A stretch of 63,179 nucleotides of DNA, filler included, from Lenisia limosa (Eukaryota > Protista > Breviatea), in assembly GCA_001655205.1 (NCBI GenBank). It is 12 parts of 12 records of this genome, joined end to end, with 100 filler letters (N's around TTAATTAATTAA, not from the genome) between each part and the next. Parts side by side here need not be neighbours in the genome. Positions count along the whole stretch, not along the records: positions 8,940 to 13,906 come from LPNZ01000666.1; positions 14,007 to 16,731 come from LPNZ01010874.1; positions 16,832 to 18,893 come from LPNZ01010640.1; positions 18,994 to 23,799 come from LPNZ01008988.1; 8 more parts are not named here. One strand, written 5' to 3'. This document shows positions 11,439 through 23,200 of this stretch, one piece after another (position 1 is the first letter of the stretch; each line of letters opens with the position of its first letter). A program made the translations under genes and the position numbers. Below the pieces are notes generated by a model. That model worked only from the letters and a program-made list of their open reading frames with translations, made no database searches and was not told the DNA's origin.

Positions 11439-13737
11439 GATGCCTTCGCCTCCCCAAGGCCATCCAACCTTGGAAGAAGTACAGAGGTGGTATTCAAGCT
11501 CATACACCGAAGCAAGGGCCAAATTCTGCAGTGTAGCCAAGGATGGAGGTAAGAGTTCTGCGTGAGGGTTGAGGCGATCTTCTTTTGTATTCAACATTCC
11601 AATGTCATCCCCGCCTATCACAGGAGTTAACAATCATTGGCTGATGTTATAGGTGCGCGGCTTGTGAGTCACCCGATTGAAAACCAGTTTGCTCCTGATG
11701 GTATGTTCGGACCCTTCCATATTCCTGCTATCCGAAGGTCAACCTGCTGTGATGCAAAATGCGGATAAACTAGCATTGATTCGTTGTGCATAGAGGTTAA
11801 GTAAACTCGAAGATCTTATTTTACCTCCATGCTTCATGATTTGTGTTCAATTACTCAATAACGTTAATCATCATAATAAGGCGGCATGCGTTGTACTACG
11901 TCTACATTTGTTATCTAGCACGCATTTCTGTCTACACGTTCTATTGTAAATCCCAATGTAACCCTACCCTCGTGTAGTTTTATTTGATGTTTTGACACCC
12001 CCCCCCCTAATTGATGTTGTTTCCGGGGTTTTTTTTTTGTTTCATAAATTTTCGAATTTTACCTTTACGCCAATATTTTTTATCGAAATTTCCGTCATTT
12101 TACCCCTCCCTCCCCAGGAAGCCCACTCTCTATTGACATTGCCTATTTTGGCAGGTATACAGGGGGGGGTTATACACATGATATGGGTACGATGGGAAGG
12201 CATACAAACTGTGTGCACAGAGTAGTAAGGCATTTGATTGCGTGAAATATATGAACGCTGTGTGCACAGAGTAGTAAGGTAAACGATTGCGTGATGGTGT
12301 GGAGGGCTTCGATCGGCCAGATACTATAATCCAAATATCTTATAAGCGTGAGGGTTTGTACTGTTTTGGCCAGATACAACCTTGTATTTTATTTCTCTTT
12401 GCTATGCATGTAATACATGTAAACATTACATGTAGTGGGGTCACATGAACGCGCCTAGTAACATGAACGCGCCCACTTTTTTCGATTTTTCTTATGTCAG
12501 GAAAGTATTCAAAAAAATAATCGCTTTTGCAACTCTCTGAATCAAACTTTTTACATTACAGCAAAACACTTTGACAAAAACAATAAAGCACGATATCCAA
12601 ATGTTAGGAAATGACTGGAAAATCGTGACCTCTTACTCTAGTTGCTTTATTGTGGGCCTTCCCTTTTTTAGCAAGGGTTATTTTTTCGGTTCTTGAAATG
12701 TAAATTACAATCAAACAGACTTTCTTTGTAGTTGGTACTCATCTTTTTAAGGCTGTCCTTTTTCTCTTATTCATCCTTTCACGATACCTAAAAGCTTGAG
12801 AAAACAGCAGCTAACTCACATTCTTTTCAGCAACTTCTTCTTTGAGCTCTTTCAGGAGTCGTTCTTACCATTGTAACTCTGTGGTCGGCGTAATTGATCT
12901 TCTTGGACCAGTACCAGGACTAAAAGCCAAGTTGGGTCCTTTCCAATGAGAGAGAGGGTTATCATGGAAATACTTGATTTCAGCCTCCGTAATTTTTCTC
13001 GGATCTCATCCAGGTTCAACCATGCATCTTTGGCAACTTGAGGGTCCTATGTGACTTCTTGAATTATGGTAGGAGTATTCAAAACTCAAGAATACAGCGC
13101 AGATCTTGGAGGGGAATTTCTTTAAAAAGCGGCTTAATTATACTGATGATTAGCCAGATCTTCTCCTCTATAACTCATTGTAAAAATGTGATTTTCAAAA
13201 ACAATTCCAGAAATCAATCGGCATACAACCCCCCTATCAAGCCCGCCACATTCCAGACCTACAAAAAATTGACTTCTGAAGAGCAAAAAGGGGGTCTTCA
13301 CACAAAAAAATTCTCGAGTAAAGGGGAATGAACTGAACTTTTTCAAAGACTATTCTAGAATTGTTATCAAAAACAAATTGGCTTATGTTTGCTTTCCAGC
13401 TGTTTTTTACTTTAAAAAACAAATACCGTTGATTTATAAAGGGTTTTTGGCCCAAAAAGGACTGTTTTTCATAAAGTGTTACTGGGCGCGTTCATGCGAC
13501 CCCACCTATATATCATATAATATACAATTCATAAAAATTCTGAAACTAAAATTACACTTACCGATGGATCTTAATCCAAGTTTCATTAGACTTTACTGCA
13601 ATTAAACAATACGATTCTGGGGCGTATATAACCCAACAGCCCCACCGACCACGTCCTCTACGTCAGTTCTGGCGCGCATGGCGTGGAAGGCTTTTTCGGC
13701 TCGGCTGTGCAGATTGCTATTGCCGAAGGCTTTTCTG
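11439..13737 (+). CDS. DUF2817 / M14-like zinc metallopeptidase family protein, partial
   Basis: Exons 11439-11548, 11653-11700, 12118-12154 and 13640-13737 splice in frame: SYTEARAKFCSVAKDG|ARLVSHPIENQFAPDG|SPLSIDIAYFGS|PTDHVLYVSSGAHGVEGFFGSAVQIA. This matches the DUF2817 N-terminus with an HxxE motif. Confidence 0.8.
12292..12410 (+). repeat. Dispersed intronic repeat family C (gcgtgatggtgtggaaggc..ggccagatacaaccttatttttatttctcattgctat)
   Basis: Similar copies at ~6955-7020, 14675-14745, 16832-16865, 18660-18690, 24800-24838(-), 32285-32315(-), 52545-52610(-) and 61365-61420. Confidence 0.8.
12435..13506. mobile_element. ~1.07-kb TA-flanked TIR DNA transposon remnant (Tc1/mariner/pogo-like) inside a DUF2817 intron
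   Basis: Left ta|gtggggtcacatgaacgcgcctagtaac and right gttactgggcgcgttcatgcgaccccacc|ta form ~28-bp inverted repeats. The interior has only broken coding-like frames on the minus strand. Confidence 0.8.
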
Positions 13738-14074
13738 GTATGGCGGATTGGTGTGACTTTCAATTTTAGGGTGTTTCCTTTTTTAGGGTGAACTTTCCTT
13801 TTTATGGTTCCATTTTTGGGGTCTGGTCTTTCCTTTCAATTTGCGTTATTGTCCTTTAAGAGCTTTCTTTTTCAGGCCATATTTCCTTCGTTTAACCCCC
13901 GTGATTNNNNNNNNNNNNNNNNNNNNNNNNNNNNNNNNNNNNNNNNNNNNTTAATTAATTAANNNNNNNNNNNNNNNNNNNNNNNNNNNNNNNNNNNNNN
14001 NNNNNNACTCAATAAGGCATCTTTCACCTTCGGAGTTGCCCCTCCTTTCCCGGGTGTCTACACTTTGGTGCGAG

Positions 14075-14135
14075 GCTATCTTGGGTTATCTTGGATTATC
14101 TTGGGTTATCTTGGGTTATCTTGGGTTATCTTGGG
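14075..14135 (+). repeat. 10-bp tandem repeat (ttatcttggg, about 5-6 copies)
   Basis: Direct reading. Confidence 0.85.
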
Positions 14136-14374
14136 TGATTTTAAGGGCTCATCTAAAAAAGGGGGTGGCAGCGTCTGTAGTAATTTTTTGAACAAAATTT
14201 GAAAATAAAAGGTCAATTTTGCCTTCGCATTTTTAGACAAGCCATTTTAAGGGTGTTTCTCCTCGATTTTGGTACTGCGTTCTCAGATATCAACTCATTT
14301 GGTTGTCTATCGGGTGTGTGCACTTTTCTGCCGTGTATTTTAAAGTTATGACCCCCTAATAGGTTGCCTCAGCA

Positions 14375-16720
14375 GGCGATCAGCTTTCCGATGAGTACAC
14401 TTTTACAGCCACGTCGCCCGCCCCGGTTCTAGCTTTCGTCACTCCACCTGTTGGGGGGGGGGGGGGNNNNNNNNNNNNNNNNNNNNNNNNNNNNNNNNNN
14501 NNNNNNNNNNNNNNNNNNNNNNNNNNNNNNNNNNNNCTTATCATACCTTTACCCCACCCCCCATCCCCAGGAATACACTCCAGGAACAGATGGATACCTT
14601 GGGCACATCTTCGATGTCCAACCTGTGGTAGGCTATCACTGTTGTTGTGGGTTACTATAATCCAATATCTCTTATAAGCATGATGGTGTGAACGGCTTAG
14701 ACCAGATACAACCTTAATTTTTTATTTCTCATTTCTATATCATTTAATTGGCTCATTTTTCTTAGGAATATTTCATGTGGTACAGAATATGAATTTCGGA
14801 ATCATGATGATTTGTTTAGAACTACACTTTAGCCTTTTTTTAATAGGTTTTGTGACTATTTGAAAGGCGTTTATTCTTTAGATCAACGTCGGAGGTCTTG
14901 AGAACTTCTATGTCACCGCTTATGCAGAGTAGGGAGACTTAGCTATAGAATCATTATCCCAAATCTGATTTATCTTTCGCCTTATCACACACAGGACTAT
15001 CAACACCACGTGCACAGATGGCTTCCTTTACGGTCACACAGTCGGACCCTCCAGTGCGACTGGTGGGGGGGGGGGGNNNNNNNNNNNNNNNNNNNNNNNN
15101 NNNNNNNNNNNNNNNNNNNNNNNNNNNNNNNNNNTTCTCAATAAATCTTCGATAAACATTGGTATTTTACCGGTTTGGACCGTGGGGAAGCCTTGTGATG
15201 GGTGTGGATGCATACTGTAGCTTTCTTGTCAAATCTCATTTTTACCCCTTTAGGAGAAATTGCCTTCACTGATTTGGCTCTTTCTGGAGGGCAAGTTGGG
15301 TGCTTCTATGTCCTGAAGTTCTGCGTACATGACCAATGCCTCACCAGCCCTGAGACCTTCGTCCTGGAATAGTGGGGGTTGTAATAGTGTAGTAGAGGAA
15401 TAGTTTAAAACAAACTCATTGCATCTCTGGCCAACAGAGTTTATTTTGGGCTTTGTTTTTGTGTTATCAATCCTTGTGTGCTGTCAGCCAACAGAGTTGG
15501 TTTTAGGCTGTTTTGTTTCATAAATTTTCCAANNNNNNNNNNNNNNNNNNNNNNNNNNNNNNNNNNNNNNNNNNNNNNNNNNNNNNNNNNNNNNNNNNNN
15601 NNNNNNNNNNNNNNNNNNNNNNNNNNNNNNNNNNNNNNNNNNNNNNNNNNNNNNNNNNNNNNNNNNNNNNNNNNNNNNNNNNNNNNNNNNNNNNNNNNNN
15701 NNNNNNNNNNNNNNNNNNNNNNNNNNNNNNNNNNNNNGTGGAGGTTGACAGCGGTATGGCTGGGAGGCTGAGGAAGTAATATTTCGTGCATAATATCAAT
15801 ATTGGTTATATATACTATATTGATACATGTATAAGGCTTCACTTCGGTTCAAAAAAGACCGGTCAATTCAAGTATCTTTTGTTTTCAAAGAAACTACTCT
15901 CTCACTGTATAGCCCCGAGCACGGCTGCGCATTGGGACGTCCTCGCCTCTATCGGCGACGGTGGGGGGGGGGGGGGNNNNNNNNNNNNNNNNNNNNNNNN
16001 NNNNNNNNNNNNNNNNNNNNNNNNNNNNNNNNNNNNNNNNNNNNNNNNNNNNNNNNNNNNNNNNNNNNNNNNNNNNNNNNNNNNNNNNNNNNNNNNNNNN
16101 NNNNNNNNNNNNNNNNNNNNNNNNNNNNNNNNNNNNNNNNNNNNNNNNNNNNNNNNNNNNNNNNNNNNNNTGAAGAATATTGGCGTGAAGGTTCTTATCA
16201 CGAACCGAATAATGTGAGGTGAATGATGATGGTGGGTATTTGAGTAAAGATGGTATTGATGCGGGACTTGGTATTTAAAATTCCCCTAGTGTTCAGTTTC
16301 ACTATTCAGGAAATGCCGAAGTGTCATCAGGCTACAAAGTCACGATCGCCAAATCCGAGTACGTTTTTGTTGCCCCACTATCTTGTCTTTTATCAATTGT
16401 CTTTAACACCATCTTGCCTTTATATTACCCCCCCCCCCCNNNNNNNNNNNNNNNNNNNNNNNNNNNNNNNNNNNNNNNNNNNNNNNNNNNNNNNNNNNNN
16501 NNNNNNNNNNNNNNNNNNNNNNNNNNNNNNNNNNNNNNNNNNNNNNNNNNNNNNNNNNNNNNNNNNNNNNNNNNTTTTACCCTTTTTGCTTCCAACCCTC
16601 ATATGTTAAATATTCAGCCAACGGAGTATATTTTGGACTGTTGTCCCTCACCCCCTCCCCTAGAGCTGATTTCGAGCGTTTTTTATTTAAAACGTTTTAT
16701 CCCCCCCCCCCAGACTGAAC
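14375..16720 (+). CDS. Multi-exon hypothetical, probably extracellular, protein (partial)
   Basis: Exons GDQLSDEYTFTATSPAPVLAFVTPP|EYTPGTDGYLGHIFDVQPV|INVGGLENFYVTAYAE|TINTTCTDGFLYGHTVGPSSAT|GEIAFTDLALSGGQVGCFYVLKFCVHDQC; beta-strand-rich; no family recognised. Confidence 0.55.
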
Positions 16721-16959
16721 GAGTACGCGTTNNNNNNNNNNNNNNNNNNNNNNNNNNNNNNNNNNNNNNNNNNNNTTAATTAATTAANNNNNNNNNNNNN
16801 NNNNNNNNNNNNNNNNNNNNNNNNNNNNNNNGATACAACCTTATTATTTTTTCTCATTGCTATATCGATATAGCATTTGTACATGTGGATTTACTAATGT
16901 TTTATTTGTCCTATTATTTCGTAACGTGCTTACTCCCAAAACTTATCGCTTCCCAGCCG

Positions 16960-18575
16960 TATTACTGCACACTCTCTTGTTCACCATGCCAATGAATTAA
17001 ACCTTTTGGATTTGGGCACATTCAAACCTTACTCCATTCAGTGACAGCTTTCTTCTCAACCATGCCGCTAAATTGGCCTCCTGAGGTTCAAACTGTTCTG
17101 AATGCTCTGTCTTTTGTCAATCTCAATATGGTATTGTGGGGCTACCAAGGCTTTGAGCAAGGGTTTGATCAAGGGCTGTAGTGTTTGTGAACTACAATAT
17201 ACGCCAATATTTCCTTCTTCCCCATAACCTTCTCCGTAATTACTCCCCCCAGAGTTTGTTATTGCTTGTTTTTTTTTTGTTTTTTTTTTTGTTTGTTTGG
17301 AGTTTCAGATTATTCGTTCGTGATTAGTACCTTTACGCCACTATTATTCATCGAAATTTCCTTCGTTTTACCCCCACCACCACCACCCCGACTGGCCCGG
17401 CTTTTTTTTTTGTTGTTTGTTGTTGTTATGTGTGTTGTCGGCCAAAAGAGTTGATTTGGGTTTATTTTTTGTTTCATAAATTTCCCCATTTTACCCCCCC
17501 CCCCCAGGANNNNNNNNNNNNNNNNNNNNNNNNNNNNNNNNNNNNNNNNNNNNNNGGTACCTGAAGTGGTACTTTGCAATGTCTCTGCCGCTGATCTTCA
17601 TCGCCATGTTCTTCCTCCTGGCATTTGTCATGTTCTTCTGGAAGGTGGGTTCTATGTCTTCTTTCTTCCTTCTTTCGTGTCTATCTTAAAGCTGGGAGTG
17701 GGGGGGGGGGGGGNNNNNNNNNNNNNNNNNNNNNNNNNNNNNNNNNNNNNNNNNNNNNNNNNNNNNNNNNNNNNNNNGGTGGGAAGGAACTATTGATCGT
17801 TCTGTCAAGGGACTTTACTGCAAATTAATTCAGAACAAGACAAACCCTAACAAGCACCCACACACACACATACCTTTTAAGAATTGTTGCGGTTACGATA
17901 AGAGTAGTTTTGTTTGTGGCTATTTTTGCCCATTTCCCTTAAAATATGACATTTCACATTTCCTACTAAATATATAGAGATGTGCTCGCGGCAAGAATTC
18001 GACTCTTTCCAAGAAGGAAACTATCGATCGTTCTGTCAACGCCTACCTTCTCTTCCTCTCTCTCGCGTATCTTTTCGTTTCAACGTAAGCACCGGGGGGG
18101 GGGGTCTTTTGTCTTCATACCGAGCGACCTCGTCAAGTCTAGTTCAGTATGAAGATAAAAGTAATATTGCAAGTCAACGGACCTTTTTCTTGTGGTGATA
18201 AGCTTAAGTTCTACTTTGGTTAAGAAAGACTGGATTATCGATAAATCCTCCAAAAATAACGATTTTTTGTGTGGTACCAGGAAGGGGGTGGTGTTTTTAC
18301 CTTCATACCAAATAGTTTTAATTGCCCACCGTTTTGTTCTTACTTCTATACATGCTATGGTGGTTCAGTATGAAAAGAAACTATTTTGACGTATCTAGCC
18401 AGATCTCTCAAATCCCTAGAGCTTTTCGAATGTACCGTCCCTTTTATTTCCTAGGAAATCTCTTGAGCTTTTCGACTGCACAAAGCAAGAAGACGGTACT
18501 AGCTCTTTGGACTCGAACCAAGCCCTGTACTGTTATGACGACCAATGGAAGCAGGCTCTTCCTTACGCTATTGGT
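16960..18575 (+). CDS. Polytopic membrane protein, internal part (TRP-like C-terminal TM region typical of large protist surface proteins)
   Basis: MPLNWPPEVQTVLNALSFVNLNM; YLKWYFAMSLPLIFIAMFFLLAFVMFFWK; VNAYLLFLSLAYLF; SLDSNQALYCYDDQWKQALPYAI. Confidence 0.65.
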
Positions 18576-19132
18576 ATGTGTAAGGGTGATTATCCAATAC
18601 ATATGTATGATATTATAATCATGCATGCGTGTATGATATACTATATACATATGATACTACCTTATTTTTTAGTTCTCATTGCTATAATTATATACATGTA
18701 TATGATATACAGAGACCGTAATAAGTCCCGATATGAGACAGATATTGAAGTCTCATCACGGTCAGTGTAATTCTTATTTTTTTCGGTCTGACCCCATACC
18801 TCGCACCACATTATTGGTATGTGTCCCCTTTTTTGGGCTTTTTTTTTCATAAATTTTCCTATTTTTACACCCCCCCCCCCACACAAAATTCCANNNNNNN
18901 NNNNNNNNNNNNNNNNNNNNNNNNNNNNNNNNNNNNNTTAATTAATTAANNNNNNNNNNNNNNNNNNNNNNNNNNNNNNNNNNNNNNNNNNNNTGTATGG
19001 GGGGAGGGTATGTCCAACTTCTCCCATCTGCCTTTGGATGTGTCTTTGGTTCTGTTTTTAATTTTACTGTTTCTATCATTTATCATAACACGAAAGAATC
19101 CATGCCAAATAATAGAGAGGTGATTAACAAGA

Positions 19133-19210
19133 CAGTGACCGGGATAAGTCTTGATCCATTTGCTCGGTGATTTCCCAAGGAAAATCGGTCAAGTCTTATC
19201 CCGGGCACAC
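19133..19210. mobile_element. MITE family B copy (TIR CAGTGACCGGGATAAGTCTTGA)
   Basis: Inverted ends. Other copies at 41792-41869 (TA both sides), 50818-50930 and a half copy at ~49318-49352. Confidence 0.8.
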
Positions 19211-19237
19211 TATATCGTCACAAGAATGACCATTGTA

Positions 19238-19421
19238 GGTTCTCTGCAACCACAGTACCGAGGCTGACACCAAGTACCACCGGCACTTTTTCCAGCCTGC
19301 AGGTGGCCAGAGAGATCAAGGATGACAAGGCCAAGCCGCAGCAGCTGGCTGTGGATGCGACCGTGCCTTTTGCTGCCGACGAAATGACGCGTTTCCTGCC
19401 ACAAGTCCAAGGGGCAAAGTA
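19238..19421 (+). CDS. Probable terminal exon of a hypothetical protein
   Basis: FSATTVPRLTPSTTGTFSSLQVAREIKDDKAKPQQLAVDATVPFAADEMTRFLPQVQGAK* after a tag acceptor; codon usage like host exons. Confidence 0.35.
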
Positions 19422-20268
19422 GGCGTCCAACCTTTATTTCACATTTTTCTCGAAGCAGAATATTTTTTTCTGTAAATTCCTGATAAATGTCGCAAATAAA
19501 TGGATCATAGGAGGCCCAAATCACTTTCATTTTACTTTCACGTGCCCCTCCCTCGCGTTTTCCCTCGTAACCCTCAAGAACGTCACGTAAATGTCGAGGC
19601 ATCTGGCTCTGTCATTTGGCCAACTCCTTCCTCAAGAAACTCGGCGATCGTAAGCATAATTTGGGCATAATAGGCCAATACACACAAGGATTTTCTGGTC
19701 CCATTCCTCGTTGACTTCCTTCGAGTGGTTTGACTTCTGCAGGCAAAGCATCGCTCATCTGCGCTGTCCGAATGGAAAAGGCTGTTTTCTCGTCAGAAAA
19801 GGCGGAAAACGTGTATTCCACCATCATGAAAAACGTAAACGGGGCATTTTTTATATAATGGCTCAGTTTATGGTCTGAACATAAATAAACCGATTTCTTT
19901 CGTTGTAGTCCTGTTCAAGTCATGTTTTCCTTAGTTTACCCATCCCTAGAAAATTGCTGCAATACGGAGAGGGTAGAATTTTCAATCTATTACGCCATGA
20001 TGGAATGCGTGACACAACTGATGTGTTTATGGTTTTGAATACGATAATGCAATAAATTTATCTCTTCGAACCACCACTCAGCTGAAACTTCAAAGGATTT
20101 GAATAGTGGCACCACCCGAGTCAATAGCTGGTTAAATACCTTGAGGAATATATTTGTAACATAACATAAATACTGTACACTACGCACGCGCCATCTTCCG
20201 TGTGCGGTTCTACAAGATCAGTACATTTATAAAGTCTCGAAATGCGTAGTTTAGACATTTCCGTTCCT

Positions 20269-23200
20269 TTAACTGGAGCTCACTTTCTTGGCAGCTTTGT
20301 GTGCGCTGTAAAACGCCAAGGAATCCGGATCATCATCCACCACTCTTTGCCTCTATAATGTAAAAAAGCTAAACACAGATAAATAAAAGCGGCATATCAT
20401 TGGCAAACTCCCCACACACCTCCAATTGGTCAAACTCCTCGCCCTCATCTAAGGCATCGGCGGTCTCTTTCGGTGACACGGTTTGTGGGTCAGGGTGAGC
20501 CATGTTGTACCTGGGGGGTTAATATTTGAGAGAAAAATGTATTCAAAAACATTCAGCAAAATATGAAATATACAAATGGGTGGAGGGGACATTATCACAA
20601 TCTGGGGTGGAAAGGAGGGAGCATACCAGTCCGAGAAGGAATCGAAAAGCTTGCCCTTGCACTGCTCAACCAATCTCGTGGCATACTCCAAATCTGAGCG
20701 CACTGAGCGGAGCTCCTCGTACACTGCTCGATAGGACTGAAGAATGAGGATTGCATAATCGTTCCCTCAAGTTTATTCGTATATGGGTACAAACCCATAT
20801 CTTATCATAACGACAGAGACACCTCGTCAATCCGCAGTACCTTCTTAGCATCCTTGAGTTTGTTGTATGCTGCAAATTCCTCAATGTCAATGACTTCTTC
20901 GCCGCTTTTGCCTATACCATAACCAAGGGTACAAGAATATTTCCAACATTAAAGCCTCCATATAGTAGTCCCGAAAAAGACCATTTCTCAATAAACCCTT
21001 CAATTCTATTTATTGCTCTGGTCTTTTCCGAAGTGAAGTTCTTGATCACAAAATGTACTTCTTACTCCACCTTATCCCTTCTCACCCCCCCCCCCCNNNN
21101 NNNNNNNNNNNNNNNNNNNNNNNNNNNNNNNNNNNNNNNNNNNNNNNNNNNNNNNNNNNNNNNNNNNNNNNNNNNNNNNNAATATTGAGCCATGCCTACT
21201 GTCAACCTGCTTTCGGGTCTTCTTGTCTTCAACAAAAGACTTCAGCTCGTCAATCTGGCTCTTGGCTTCATTTGCACTGGCAGCCAACTGCCGGGCTAGA
21301 CGTCTCTTCTCCTTCAACGTGTCTGGCAGGTCAAATAGGAATTCGAGACCGAAGGTTTGCAATTCCATTTCAGATGATAATCGTCGACACCCTCCCCCAA
21401 CCCTTATTTTCTTGCAACACGTTGCTCAGTTCAATGCCGTCGGTCTCTTTGTACATGGCAAATGCCGCGTCCTTGTCTTGCGGAATCAAGGCCTCCTCAA
21501 ATACTGCAAGGTTATGGAGTAATATTACCCACAATGTTTCATTTTCAGCTCTTCTGCTAAGCATACTCCCTCCCCCCCCACCTTCCTCCTGCTCCGGCGG
21601 CGAGCCATCTTCAACAGCTGGACCGGGCGGCTGCTCAATTTGGAGGTCCGACAGTGAGGGCACGGCACCCTTCTTCAGGCCCTAAGTCGTCACCAGAAGT
21701 AATCAGCACTAAGGATCGGGATGTTCAAATCAGTTTTACGCTGAAACAAAGAAGAGGGTATCAAAGCGAAGCCCTCCCCCCCCCCCCCNNNNNNNNNNNN
21801 NNNNNNNNNNNNNNNNNNNNNNNNNNNNNNNNNNNNNNNNNNNNNNNNNNNNNNNNNNNNNNNNNNNNNNNNNNNNNNNNNNNNNNNNNNNNNNNNNNNN
21901 NNNNNNNNNNNNNNNNNNNNTAAGGCGGGAGTGGCTGGCTTTGCGCCCGCGGGAGCCTGTATAGTGAGGTCCTCCCAACCCCCAGAAGTGTGTAAATCTG
22001 GTTAACATCACATGTGGTAGTAATATAAAATTTAACCAACCATTTGTGAGAAGATTTCAAACCAAAACAGTGATAGGCAGGTTATGGATCTATCTTACGA
22101 TTAGCCCCCCCCCCCCCCACNNNNNNNNNNNNNNNNNNNNNNNNNNNNNNNNNNNNNNNNNNNNNNNNNNNNNNNNNNNNNNNNNNNNNNNNNNNNNNNN
22201 NNNNNNNNNNNNNNNNNNNNNNNNNNNNNNNNNNNNNNNNNNNNNNNNNNNNNNNNNNNNNNNNNNNNNNNNNNNNNNNNNNNNNNNNNNNNNNNNNNNN
22301 NNNNNNNNNNNNNNNNNNNNNNNNNNNNNNAGATATCCAACAAAATAAGATAAAGGGCAGGGCCTCCAAACCGAGTTCATACCCGATGAAAATTTGATGG
22401 TCAAAATTTAACCAATGGCAATGCTTTTAATACTTGCCTCCAAAATGTTGACGGTTTCAATGCTGACTGACGGCTTTCATAAACGGTATGCCGTGTGTTC
22501 AAATGGCTATACTACTACTTAGAATTGGAGTAGTGCGCATGACCACCATGGATGCGAAGTATATGAAGGTGAACCTGGTGGACCTTGCAATTTAAGATCG
22601 GGTAGATGGCACCCAAATGATGTCATCCTGGGGCCTTTGAACAGCTGAAACTGAAGAGATCGCCAGGCAACATCAGTTTTTTTTTTTTTTTTTTCCCATC
22701 TAGATTCTCTCAATATACGCTTGAAATCGTCAAATGNNNNNNNNNNNNNNNNNNNNNNNNNNNNNNNNNNNNNNNNNNNNNNNNNNNNNNNNNNNNNNNN
22801 NNNNNNNNNNNNNNNNNNNNNNNNNNNNNAATCGTTCAGATGAGAAGCTGGCATACTTCGAACTAACATCTGAAAACAAAACACAAAAGTATAAGTTTTC
22901 AAGTATGTGGTTGAGTTTGTCAACTTTGTGGGATAACCGGCAATGCGACGGTTCGCTGAAGAGGGTACTCCGAAAAAGACTCTCTTTGAGATCATTATCG
23001 CTTCCCTGGGGAAAGGATCATACCGACCTACAGCAACAGCAGTAGCCAGTCAGCACAAACACAAAATAAAAAAAATGTGGCTGGGGGGGGGGGNNNNNNN
23101 NNNNNNNNNNNNNNNNNNNNNNNNNNNNNNNNNNNNNNNNNNNNNNNNNNNGGAACAGTCACAGTCAAACAAAACAGAATGACTCTTTTCTTGATCACCT

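Noticed and set aside
14075-14135. TTATCTTGGG repeat as a telomere
   Set aside because: Short, internal to the segment, and not a known telomere unit.
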